From NCBI RefSeq assembly GCF_006345805.1, contig NC_043014.1, positions 53,196,001-53,260,000 of the forward strand: a DNA stretch of 64,000 nucleotides, written 5' to 3'. Below are positions 12,583 to 23,794 of this stretch, piece after piece. Source of the DNA: Octopus sinensis (lineage: Eukaryota). The translations under genes were made by a program, and so were the position numbers. Within the stretch, counting starts at the first letter, position 1, and the number at the start of each line of letters is the position of its first letter. Under the pieces are notes generated by a model, which saw only the letters and a program-made list of their open reading frames with translations, was not told where the DNA came from and did not search any database.

Positions 12583-12868
12583 TGACTGACACTCGATTCG
12601 CTGCTTCTTTGAACTTGTTGTTGTTATTGGTGACCCCTGGATGGAAGTAATGTTGCCAGATGCTTTCTTGGCTGGCCGCATCCCCGGCAATGGGTTTGCC
12701 GCGCAGTTGCAGGTACAGGTAAGTCGCTAAACCGGAATACAAAGGTTTCATCAGATCCGACCATTTGGTCTGTGACCAGTTGATGTTGAATGTTTGCTGA
12801 ATCTTTTGGCACGGTGCAGCCAACACGCCGCTGCAACGTCTTACGGCATTGTACTGCTTTTCGGTGAT
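12583..12868 (-). CDS. Exon 2: second half of the lysozyme/transglycosylase-like N-terminal domain
   Basis: (CTT)n polypyrimidine tract + ctag|ATC acceptor (phase 0), A|GTAAGT donor (phase 1). ITEKQYNAVRRC...IQQTFNINWSQTKWSDLMKPLYSGLATYLYL...QESIWQHYFHPG. Confidence 0.88.
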
Positions 12869-12919
12869 CTAGAGAAGAAGAAAGAAGAAAAGAAGAATAT
12901 GATGATAATTATGATAATA

Positions 12920-12935
12920 ATAATAATAATAATAA

Positions 12936-12966
<31 letters not shown>

Positions 12967-13057
12967 AAGAAGAAGAAGAAGAAGAAGAAAAAGAAGAAGA
13001 AGAAGAAGAAAAAGAAGAGAAAGAAGAAGAAGGAAAAGAAGAAGAAGAAGAAGAAGA

Positions 13058-13089
<32 letters not shown>

Positions 13090-13190
13090 GGAGGTGGAGG
13101 AGGAAGAAAGGAAGAGAAAGAAGAGAAAGGAGGAAAAGAAGAGAAAGAAAATAAAGAAAATAAAGAAGATAAAGAAGAAGCTGAAGAAGA
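12920..13190. repeat. (AAT)n-(AGA)n compound microsatellite abutting the exon-2 acceptor
   Basis: Direct reading. On the minus strand it supplies a long (CTT)n pyrimidine tract. Confidence 0.9.
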
Positions 13191-13532
13191 AACACGTGAA
13201 ATGCAAACTAAAACTAGAACATCAACGTAAGGTGAGAGAGCGATGGCAAGAAAAGCCCCGAAACCGGGCAAATATTGGGTTATGGGAAATAAAAAAGAAA
13301 AAGGGAAAGCAAAATGGCAGAGAGAGAAGCGTGTGTTTGTGTGTGTATGTGTGTGTGTGTGTGGTGAGGTAAGGGAGAAATTGTTTGAGTGGACAATCTA
13401 AGCGCCATCTTGTCTTCCGTTGGTCATTTGCGATTTGGACAAAGCACGGTTGTTGGTCTTGCCACCTTCTCAGCGTCTATAAAAGGGCCACGTCTTTTCT
13501 TATAGATGATAATAGTGATAGTGGAAAGTGTA

Positions 13533-13570
<38 letters not shown>

Positions 13571-13684
13571 GGACAGACAGACAGAGAGAGGAGGGAGTGA
13601 GAGAGAAAGGGAGAAATGAGGGAAAGATGATGAGGTTCGGCAATTAAACTACCAACAAATAAACTAACAAACAAACAAACCAAC

Positions 13685-13930
13685 CTGCCATATTCCTCCG
13701 AAGAAATTCGGTCGGAAAGTGCTGTGGTCGAAACCATCTTTCGATTCTACGTAGGCCATTCTTCTGACGAAAAGTCTGTCATTATCAAATATACAGGAAC
13801 CTCGAATTTTATCGACGACAGCTTCAACCACGCTGGGACCGTTCGCTTTTGGCACCAAAGTCCTGTCGACACTGTTCGCCTTCACAACATTCAACAATAA
13901 AGCACTGGCAATCCACCATATTGCTTGCAT
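13685..13930 (-). CDS. Exon 1: signal peptide plus first half of the lysozyme/transglycosylase-like domain
   Basis: ATG at 13930; MQAIWWIASALLLNVVKA is a hydrophobic signal peptide; ...FVRRMAYVESKDGFDHSTFRPNFFGGIWQ; CAG|GTTGGT donor; 246 nt, phase 0. Confidence 0.88.
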
Positions 13931-13976
13931 GATGGACGATTTGACGTGTACACTTTTATCCGGCACAATCAATGGA

Positions 13977-14074
13977 AACTGTCCACCGCTAGCTGATCCT
14001 TATTTTATAGTGATCACCGACCAATCACCGACCAATCGAAGCTGATTATTGACGACGGCGACGACGAAGATTGG
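13977..14074 (-). promoter_or_regulatory. Core promoter of the lysozyme-like/VWA gene: TATA box, initiator-like element, CCAAT boxes
   Basis: Minus-strand TATAAAAT at 14009-14002; CAGTT Inr-like about 29 nt downstream (A at 13980); tandem 11-mer ACCGACCAATC (14016-14037) and ATTGG at 14070-14074; ATG 50 nt after the predicted start. Confidence 0.6.
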
Positions 14075-14099
14075 AAAGGTCTTTTTTATCTGTTCCTAA

Positions 14100-14100
<1 letters not shown>

Positions 14101-14148
<48 letters not shown>

Positions 14149-14152
14149 TCCT

Positions 14153-14225
<73 letters not shown>
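14101..14225. repeat. (TTTC)n microsatellite
   Basis: Direct reading. Confidence 0.95.
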
Positions 14226-14227
<2 letters not shown>

Positions 14228-14502
14228 CCTCCCAATCTTGTTAAGTGTCTCACATTATCTCTTGAACTCATTTTTGAGAAGTGAGCGGGTTGGGTTGGTT
14301 TTTGGTGGTGGTCGTGGTGGATTATTGCCTTCAACATGTCAAAAATAAAGAATAAAAAAAGTAAATAAAATCTCAGATAAATGATAAATAAAACCCATAG
14401 TACCTCCACACAGTCACAGTCACAAAGATACACACACACACACACGTATATAAAGAGAAAGGGAGAGAGAGACGGGAGATAGAGAGGAAGAGAAAGAGAG
14501 GA

Positions 14503-14589
<87 letters not shown>

Positions 14590-14767
14590 CAATTATGTGG
14601 CAAAACCAATTGGATGTATAAAATGTAACAGTTTGGGTATGAAATACAAAATATGTCGCTATGGATACAGGCAAAACGAGAGAAAGCAAAAACGAATATC
14701 TGAGTATAGACATATACGGGGTCGGGGAGTGAGTGGGCGTTAAAAATTGGTCATAAACTCCATATCC

Positions 14768-14838
14768 CTTTTGATGAAAGGTTGTGTCTTAAGAGAGATT
14801 TGGCTGCTATTTGTAGTAGCTCAAGTTACGACAGAGAC

Positions 14839-14869
<31 letters not shown>

Positions 14870-15292
14870 TTGTTGCGGTGAAAGAAATACTTTTTCTCAG
14901 AATATTTCGCACAATCATTTTAAAGAAATCTGGACATCTTTCTTACTGCTAACGATTCGACTTCAAATTACAACTGTTAATTGTTGCAAGTCAAGTAGAC
15001 TGAGCTGTACATATACTGTTATCGTTTAGAGTGCAGCAGTTCAGTACAGAGTTTTGAACTCATTATCTGGTGGTTAGTAATCCATTGACTTAAATACGAA
15101 GCCATTAAGTCTTTAAACACTATTTTCCTGGGTTTAGTCTTTCGACTGTCACCATGATGGGGGCATCACCTGCAAAAATTTAATGGATCATATTGACCTC
15201 ATTACGTATTTCAGTCTGGTATTTATTCTATAGAACTCTGCTTGGGGAACTTTGTGACAAAGCGGGACACAATACTCGATTTGACAACAAAT

Positions 15293-15333
<41 letters not shown>

Positions 15334-15497
15334 CGCACACACACACATATATTAGGTGCAAGAATGTGGTTGAGAAGTTTGCTTCCCAACCACATGGTTG
15401 TTTAGTGTTTATGTGTCCATTCTGCCCATAAGACAGAAAGAAATAATACAATGTGGTTGTAGGTCATAACACGGGCAACGCCGGGGTGCATTGCTAG
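14768..15497 (+). mobile_element. Composite segment ending in a Helitron 3' terminus (copy A of an inverted duplication)
   Basis: 3' hairpin CACGGGCAACGCCGGGG (15470-15486), then CTAG (15494-97) followed by T. 14768-15400 is the reverse complement of 32981-34225 apart from microsatellite length and small indels. Confidence 0.7.
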
Positions 15498-15989
15498 TTC
15501 TTCTCTAAGAGTAACTGTTCTTTGTGGGAATTTTGCTCACGCGAAGGAAGAGATTCAAACTTGAGACACTCTTGGATACGAGAGGATAAACTAATCTCGG
15601 TAAAGCAGAAGGAGTCTCCTGCCCCCCGTCAGCATTGGTGTGACTGATGAGGGGGATGTCCAGTCTGAAGGTCAGAAGGTTAAAGTTAGGTGGACAGAGG
15701 GGAAGGTGGGACATGGAGAATGCTGGAGATTGTTGAGAAAGAAAAACTTGACCAAGTGTTTCGTCTGAGGTCAAAGGGTAAAAGGCGGGTGGGGAGAGAA
15801 GTTGGTGAGTTGGGGTGGGCCTGGGTGGAGAGTATATGAAGTGAAATGGTGGGACTGATGGTGGTGGCAGAAGCACCATTGTGGTTTTGGAAATGGTTGT
15901 TGAATCAAGTTGTTCTTCATTGTTTTTGTTGTTTAGCCCATGGTCCTCCCGGACTGAGCAGTTTTAACCTAGGACTACATTATTTAAGA

Positions 15990-16430
15990 TGGTAGAGTCT
16001 GATCTGAAGGAAATTTGACTGCAATAATTGAAGCCGCAACAGCGGAACTGGAGGACATTCCACAAGTTATAATTATTCTGGATGTGAAAAAAACTGATAG
16101 TCTCTGTCCAGGGCAGAACCCCAAGATGTTTCGAGTGGGGACTGAAGGGGCACACAAGGAATACGTGCCCCCCCACCCCGCCCTAGGCCCACCAACCTGA
16201 AGCTCAAGTATAGAAACAGGATGAACGAAAGGAAAGGCAAGAGAAACCTAACGAGGAAGCTGCAGGTGAAGAGGAAGAGAAGCAGGAAGAGGCGGAGAAG
16301 AAAGTGGAGGAGAAGGAGAATTGCGTGCCGGAAGAAGCTGGACCGTCCACATCTACCGAGGAAAGTGAGGAGAAATGGTGAGTTGGTGGGAGGAAGAAGA
16401 AAAGAAAGTCATCGTTCTCTTCCTCCAACG
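15990..16430 (+). mobile_element. L1/Tx1-clade LINE ORF1 (gag-like) fragment with decayed zinc knuckle
   Basis: After a poly-A frameshift reads LIVSVQGRTPRCFEWGLKGHTRNTCP (16112-16171; CCHC knuckle with the second Cys codon changed to TGG), then a charged tail ...EEKW*VGGRKKKRK. Confidence 0.65.
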
Positions 16431-16987
16431 AACACAAAAAGCTTAAATAAGAATGCACGAGATTCGAACGCAGACAAAAGACATTAAAAACGCAGACAGC
16501 AAAAAGAAAAAAGATTCCCCTCCCCGAAAAGAAAGCTGAAAATATAACACGAGTCGCAGCAGACAGCAGGGACAAAGAGAGAAAAATGAAGGCACGAGGG
16601 TAGGAACGCAGACGAAAATATTACAAACGCAGACAGCAAAAAAGCTACCCCGACCCCAAAAGAACGCAAAATATAGAAAACAAACAACAGACAGCAACGA
16701 CAAAGAGACAAAAATTAAATAACTGTTTAAAAATTCTTTCTAAAAATGTTCAATGACGTTATCTGGCGCGTTGGGTTCGAGTTGACGTCGTTCCATCTCT
16801 TCATTTATCGTTACCATTCTTTCATTTGATTTTATTTCCCCCTGCTTTTGTGTTTTTCCTGTCCTTGTGTGTCCCCTCTATGTTCGGCCCTGTGTGGCCA
16901 AATAATAAAATGCAGTCAGCGAGGCACGCCTTTGAGGTGCTGTTGGTTATTTATTGCTTGGCATCGTTTCGTTGCAGCGGCTTTGCT

Positions 16988-17250
16988 ATGGAAAATACCT
17001 GGCAAACTTGGATGTCCAGATCACTTTGTATCTATAATTAAATCATTTCATGATGAGATGGAGCTTGGATCAGTGTTGGTTGTGGCATGGCGGGACCCAT
17101 TCCCGTAGAGAATGGTGTCAAGCAGGGAGACATCCTTGCCCCAACTCTCTTCTCTTTGTACTTTACTGCTGCGTTTACTCTTCCTTTTGCTAAGGTTATC
17201 TCTCTGGGAATATATGTCAGGTATCGACCTTCCGGCCGTCTCTTTAATCC
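16988..17250 (+). mobile_element. RTE-clade LINE reverse transcriptase fragment
   Basis: KLGCPDHFVSIIKSFHDEM ... VENGVKQGDILAPTLFSLYF: the RT GVKQG..L.P.LF motif in RTE-like context. Confidence 0.8.
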
Positions 17251-17295
17251 GGTGTGCGAACGTATCTGCTTGCTCGCCGCTTTGAACATTATGCT

Positions 17296-17590
17296 TTCTG
17301 CTGCAGCGATGGTTTTAGGAGTGGTGAGTGATGAAAGTCATATCATGCTGCCTCACACCTTTCTACAGAGTCTTAGAATTAATACTGCTGGATACATTGA
17401 GATGCTGGAGATAGTTGTTAATCCTTAGAGGGATGAAGTACGCAGTGGAACGACTAAACATACTCCAGCGAGGCTCGGAACTTTCTCGCAAAGAATATGT
17501 CACCCAAGAATGAACGTCAAACAATCTTTATGATCAAATAACGCCAACGATTCCGGTCTCGCATTGAAGCAGTTATCGAAGCTGAAGGTG
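17296..17590 (+). mobile_element. Tc1/mariner-superfamily (maT/DD37D-like) transposase fragment
   Basis: MVLGVVSDESHIMLPHTFLQSLRINTAGYIEMLEIVVNP and C-terminal RSRIEAVIEAEGG. Confidence 0.65.
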
Positions 17591-17619
17591 GATCCCTAGA
17601 ATAATCTTACAAGAAAGCT

Positions 17620-19330
17620 TATCAACATCTGTACAACATTTGTATTTAAACACATTTGGCTTTTGCTAGATTGGAGAGCTATTTTATAAATTTGCAAATG
17701 TCCTTAGCTACCCTTTGCACTCTGTGTACATATATATATAACAACCTACACCCATCTCTCCAATTTACAAAGGAGATGAGTAGTACCAAATTACCATTCC
17801 TGGATATAATGGTAATTAAACAAGACACCACCATCACCACAGATATATACTATAAACACACAGACACACATCAATACCTAAATTTTAGTCGTGCCATCCA
17901 CCACATACAAAACGTAACATCCCATACTGCCTAGCCAGAAGAATTTGTACTATTGTAGAAGATGCAAATATCAGGAACAAACGCCTAATAGAACTAAGAG
18001 AATTTTTGCTCAAACAAAAATACCCATCTCTACTTATAGAAAATGGCATACAGCGGGCTATAAAAATACCTATACAACAACTTAGGACAACCCAAGGAAG
18101 AGGAAAACAAGAACAAGTCATACCATTCATAGTGACACACAACCCATGTCACCAGAATATCTTCAACATTGCCAAAGCAAACCTACCAATCATTGCCCAA
18201 AGTAATGAATTAAAAGACATAATCACGGATCGAGCTATGGTGCTTAGTAAAAGACAGCCTAAAAACTTGAAAACATTACTAACAAAGGCAAAATTTGACC
18301 TCAGCAACAAAGACCAAACACTCACGGTATCTAAATGCAATGATAGCCGATGTGGCACATGCCAATTCATACATACCGGTCAATATATAAACACAAAAAC
18401 CGGGAAAATATTCACAAACGCGAATATGAACTGCAAAAGCAGAAATTTAATTTACTGCATCAAATGCCCAAATTGTGAAGAAATATATGTAGGTCAGACG
18501 GGAAACGCACTATTAGAACGCTCACGTGTACACCGGCAACAGATTAGAGACCCAGAGGTCCGTCAGATACCTTTGAGTAACCACCTAGCAACATGTGGTC
18601 GGAAAATATATATAATATTTCCATTCTACAAATTACACAGCCCAAGTGAAATCGAGAGGAAAATCAGAGAAAAGAATTTTATTGATAAATTCGAACCCAA
18701 GCTAAATAAGCAATAATAATAATAATAATACTTAGAGGTATTACTTCCACTGCTACGACCATGACCACTAACAACAACAACAATACTAAAGGTGATCAAG
18801 ACGAAGATAGCAGGAAAATTATCTTATTTAGGGTTAAAAGTTCTATTGCCATAACCATCACCACTAGCAACAATAATTAAGGTGCTGACAATGATGATGA
18901 TGACAATTGAAATATAAAAATATAAAAATCTCTGACAAAGGATATTTACAACATTTCTAAAAATAACCCAACAATTGCTGCTTCGGCCAGGGTCAAGATA
19001 CAGGACTCTTGACATGTCCAACAAAGCGTGACGCCTAAACCAATCAGCTCAACCAACCAATCAGCTTAAGTAATTGAGTGATACTACACACTGATTGGTC
19101 AGAATACAGTTTGCAAAACCTAGCACTCTGGAGCCTACCCAGCTGTATTTATAGCACAGAATCAATCATCTTGCTACAGTCAAAAATTGTGAAGCATGAC
19201 TGTCAACACTACTACATGAACCCGAAGATTGCAGAATTCAATGCATGAAAGTACTAGTTCAATCAGAATGAATATTTAACATTCTACTATTTCATTTTAT
19301 TTTATTCAATTATAATATATTATCTTATAA
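17620..19330 (+). mobile_element. Penelope-like retroelement (5'-truncated): RT C-terminus, GIY-YIG endonuclease, 3' terminal repeat region
   Basis: HPSLQFTKE..KLPFLDIMV..TDIYYKHTDTHQYL (RT thumb; frameshift near 17890). ORF 18006-18716 has KC..RCGTC and NLIYCIKCPNCEEIYVGQT..ER..VHR (GIY-YIG). Hammerhead motif downstream. Boundaries approximate. Confidence 0.9.
19217..19261 (+). ncRNA. Type-I hammerhead ribozyme motif in the Penelope 3' region (one core substitution)
   Basis: Stem I TGAAC(19217-21)/GTTCA(19257-61); core CCGAAGA (U4 changed to C); stem II TGCA/TGCA with 8-nt loop; GAAA; palindromic stem III AGTACT; cleavage triplet CUA. Confidence 0.75.
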
Positions 19331-19437
19331 TATATCATTATAAGATTGTAAATAAAACGTGAAAATCAGACAAGGTTGGAATTCTTTTTATTAATTTATA
19401 TATATATATATGCATATATAATATATATATATATATA

Positions 19438-19477
<40 letters not shown>

Positions 19478-19535
19478 TATATATATATATGCTATATATA
19501 TATATATATATATTATATATTATATATATAATATA

Positions 19536-19566
<31 letters not shown>

Positions 19567-20366
19567 CGTACATACATACATACATACATACGTGCGTGTG
19601 AATGTGTGTGTGTATGACATCTGTGTTAGACATTCACATAAAATCGAGGTTCCAATTAACAACAACAACATTTAAGAAATTAAATGGAATGAAGTTTTTC
19701 CAATTTATTTTCTTCAATTCCTCCACAATCCCAAATGTTAAGAAAACCCTCCCCCCCCCACACCAATCAAATGACCCCATTACGCCTCCCCTCCCCTGCT
19801 ATCCGACACCCAACACCCACCCTTTTCTCACCCGAGATTTTCATTAGTTTATTCCGAGCTCGAATTAATTGTTTCGTTGTTTGTTTGTTTGTTAATTCGT
19901 CTTTCTTCAGGAATAAACATCAAACCACTCACAAGAATGGAATGTAATTTCGCACAAGTCGCAGCCCCGCCGCCGCCGCCGCATCTTCCCTCCCCAGAAC
20001 CTCCGATATAATTCTTCTTCTTCGTTTCCTTCTTCTGCCTCCCCCCCCCCGCCAAAATATGTGGACTTCTACAACAAGAACAATAACAGCAATTATTTCC
20101 TAACATAAGTGCAAGGTTTGTATCCTGAGGAGGAGAGGACTTCGGATTATATCGACCTCAGTCGTTCACTCTTTTTCATCGTCGTCAAAAGCTGACGTCA
20201 GTGGGATTCGAACTCAGAACATAAACACCCGAAATACTGCAAAGCATTTTTGCGACACTAACGAATAATAACAATAATCCTTTCTCTCTCGGGGGAGGGG
20301 GTCAGTCGATAACATCGGCTCCCCAGTACATAACTGGTACTTAATTTATCGACTCCGAAAAGATGA

Positions 20367-21010
20367 AAGGCAATGCACGTAACAAGGTATTAGCTATAAA
20401 TTCTTTGGCAGTTCCTGTTGTTATTTATTGTTTCGATGTGTTGAACTGTAAAATGAGCGAAATAAGTAATACTGACCGGAGAATCAGTAAGCTGCAGGCT
20501 TGCAATAAGATGAACCACCCAAAAAGCAGACGTAGATTGTCTTTATCTACCCAGAGCTCAAGGAGGTCGAGGCTTGATCCAATTTGAAATCTCCTACAAA
20601 ACCACCAGAATTGGACTGGCAAAATATCTTGAAACTTCTAACGATTGGATGCTAAAGCTCTTTGAAAACCATGAAAGACGTAAGAAGCTTCATTCTGTTA
20701 TGAAGGAGAGCAAAATATTTTAAAGTGTGCTCATGCATAATACCCAGGTTGAACAGCACGAATGAAGTGCAGCAAATGTAGTGGCAAAGAAGGTGAAATC
20801 AATAGCAAAGGCGTTTGAACAATTGGCTGATAGGTGGGAACCTCAGTATGGCTACGGAGCTCAGGGCTAAAGGCAGAGAGCGAAGGCTTTATCTTGGCTG
20901 CCCAAGATCAGATGTAATGAAAAATGGTGTAGATCCAAAGTGCTGATACTGCAACGATGGGATAGAAACGGTCAACCCCTTAATCTCTGGATGCAAGGTT
21001 TTAGAACCTG
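20367..21010 (+). mobile_element. R4/Dong-clade LINE, RT C-terminal fragment
   Basis: NKVLAINSLAVPVV.Y...EI...DR...KL...MNHPK, frameshifted RLxLPRxxGGRGL, and GLKAESEGFILAAQDQ. Confidence 0.8.
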
Positions 21011-21025
21011 TAGAATACAAATCAA

Positions 21026-21140
21026 GATATTTGTCCTCATCTTGTTTGTTGTTAACACAACGTTTCGGCTGATAAACCCTCCAGCATTTCAGGTCTCTTG
21101 GGGAAATTTTCGAATATGGGTTCTCAGGTATTTTTCGATG
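21026..21140 (-). repeat. Second (inverted) copy of the hammerhead-bearing short repeat
   Basis: Reverse complement ..CCAAGAGACCTGAAATGCTGGAGGGTTTATCAGCCGAAACGTTGTGTTAACAACAAACAAGATGAGGACAAATATC aligns to 4300-4421. GAAACGTT intact, CTGATGA damaged. Confidence 0.8.
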
Positions 21141-21190
21141 TTATCATCATCATCATCATCATCATCATCGTCATCGTCGTCGTCGTCGTC

Positions 21191-21248
<58 letters not shown>

Positions 21249-21927
21249 TCACTGACTGGAATCGAACTCGGAATCTTGGGGTTAGTAGCCCGCGCTGTCA
21301 ACCACTACGTCATATGCCCGTGGGCATATAATAATGACAGCCCTCATCCAACCCTGCTTGGACAGTCCTATGATCAAAGATGTGGCAGTTTCGATCCTTG
21401 ATGCCTCTTCTGGATCACATTACTCAACGTGTCTTGTCCCGCCTTCTTCAAGAAAAAGTAGAGTAGAGGCTGAGGGAGAATTAGATACTATTTCTAGCTT
21501 ACGTAGCCGTCCCGCAGTCGTTGTTATTGTTATTGTTGCTGCAATTGTTTAAACCCAGACTAACTCTGAGAATTTTGATCAAAGACATTCCAGCCATGGC
21601 AGGGAACTTAGGACCACATTATCCGAAATGGGCTTCAATTTTAAACACGTGACTTGAGGGATGTTTCGCTATTTTTAGCCAGTCGATGTTATTGTTGATG
21701 CTGTTCATGATGATTATGATGATGATGTTGCTAATGAATGTGATGGCAGCGGCGGCGGCGGTGGTGAAGGTGAGGGCTGAAGAAGAACTAAAGAGGAGGA
21801 GGAGGAGCAGGAGAAGGAGGAGGAGGAGGAAGGGGCGGAGACAGCAGGGGAGTCGCATTAAACGTTGCTGTCGTGGTTGCCGTTGGAGGCGGGGCCGGGG
21901 GTGATTTCGGAAGAAGAAGAAGAAGAA

Positions 21928-21974
<47 letters not shown>

Positions 21975-21981
21975 CGATGAC

Positions 21982-22025
<44 letters not shown>

Positions 22026-23160
22026 AGGTGAAATAATGAATTTTTAAAGAGATTAGGAATGTAAATTAAAGACGAGAATAGAAGTGTGTCAGGCAGAGAA
22101 GGTGATGTGCCTGGAATGGTGCGGCTGTGATTCTGTTATTTGAGAGGCAGCTGTCGCGGGAAGACGTCGATCCGAACCACGGAGTGGCGCTCTGGGATGG
22201 AACGAACCTCTACCACAGCAGTTTGAGGCTGGGATTGTGAGTAGTGTTGTTCTTGTTGTTGTTTTTATTGTTGTTACATAACGACTCGACCAAGGAGGGA
22301 AGGTTTCTGTGGCGAATTATTGAGGAAAGGTGAGTCGAAAAAAGAAAGAAAAATTATAACATTTCGTTTCGGTTTCAATCTGTTTCCATGTCTGTCGAAA
22401 TAATTTCTTTTTTTAGGTCTGTTTGTTTGTTTGTTTGTTTACCTCTGCTTTTCAATTCTCATCTATACATAAACATACTTATATCATATATATGTATGCA
22501 CATATTTGTGTGTGTATGTATTTATATATATACATATATACATATATACATATATATACATATATATACATACATATGCACACACACACACACACACAAA
22601 CGCATAGATACATACACATACATATATATCAGGAACAAAAACACAAGTACTCAATAGATTGTATAGAGCGAGTATATTTATGATAATATAACCGATAAAT
22701 ATTGCAAGTTTGCCGTGACTTCGTTTGATGCTGAGGAGAGCATTCATCGGGTGGATGTGCTTCGAATTGAAACACTCTCCCCAATGACTTCCATCTGAAT
22801 AGAATACTCGATCACACATGAAAATTAAAAGACATCAAAAAGTTATAATATTAACCCAATATAATATTATAATATAAAATAGTATGATATAAAATATTAA
22901 AATATAACATATCAAAATATAATATATTGTAGTATAATGTAATTATACATATAATTATCCATATACACGCATATAGTTATCTATACACACGCATATAGTT
23001 ATCCATACACATTCTGCCATCAATGAAACAAAAAAGAAAAGAGCATTTTAGATGATTTAATCCTCAATACACTTTGTTCAAAAAACAAAATAAATCGATC
23101 GTTCTTGTAATTCCGGAATTCCAACAACACTCAATGGTCTTGTTGTTATCTATGTGCATA

Positions 23161-23322
23161 GGCGCAGGAGTGGCCGAGTAGTAAGAAGCTTGCAGCCCAA
23201 CCACATTTTTCCGGGTTCAGTCCTACTGCATGGTACCTTGGACAAGTGTTTTCTACTCTAGCCTCTGCCCAACCAAAGCCTTGTGAGTGGATTTGGTAGA
23301 CGGAAACTGAAAGAACCCCGTC

Positions 23323-23325
<3 letters not shown>
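23161..23325 (+). mobile_element. tRNA-derived SINE (family with ACCTTGG(G/A)CAAGTG core)
   Basis: A-box-like TGGCCGAGTAG, B-box-like GGGTTCAGTCC, body ending GGTAGACGGAAACTGAAAGAA.CCCGTCG at a (TA)n tract. Related copies at about 11055-11190, 32883-33015, 37670-37800, 38907-39065, 57250-57400. Confidence 0.8.
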
Positions 23326-23373
<48 letters not shown>

Positions 23374-23649
23374 ATATTTAAGTCGTCCTTTAATCCTTTC
23401 GAAATTAAGTACCAGTTACGTACTGAGGACGATCGAATCGACTGGCTCCCTTCCCAATAATTTCGGGCCTTGTGCCTAGAGTAAAAAAGAATAAGTAAAC
23501 GTTTTTACAAGAGACATTGATCCTTCTTTAGCCGTTGTTACGAAAATGCCTGAGTGATTTTCTTTTCTTTTATAACTTAAAAGCAATCTAGCAATAAGGT
23601 TTCGGTCCCAAGTAGAGTCGATTAAATACAATTCTTAATAAAACTCTCA

Positions 23650-23794
23650 ATTTGTGACTGTCTTTAATGAAACGAGTCTCTGTTTTGGGCAATAAGATAT
23701 GTAGAACTTTGCCAACAGTCGGTAGAATTAATGTTTTACCAATTCTGTGAACTTTGCTGGATTTAGTAATCAATCGTAATTTTAAGAAACGCAA
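23650..23794 (-). mobile_element. hAT (Charlie/Buster-like) transposase remnant
   Basis: HRIGKTLILPTVGKVLHILL resembles the PHTIGExLILPA motif of Buster/FAM200-type transposases. Short and decayed. Confidence 0.5.

Noticed and set aside
13931-13972. ORF-track start at 13972 for the VWA gene
   Set aside because: It is a TTG; the ATG at 13930 begins a clean signal peptide and fits the TATA/Inr spacing.
15500-15960. Pro/Ser-rich minus-strand ORF 15505-15879
   Set aside because: No recognisable motif or splice support; it sits inside a transposon cluster and is probably decayed TE sequence.
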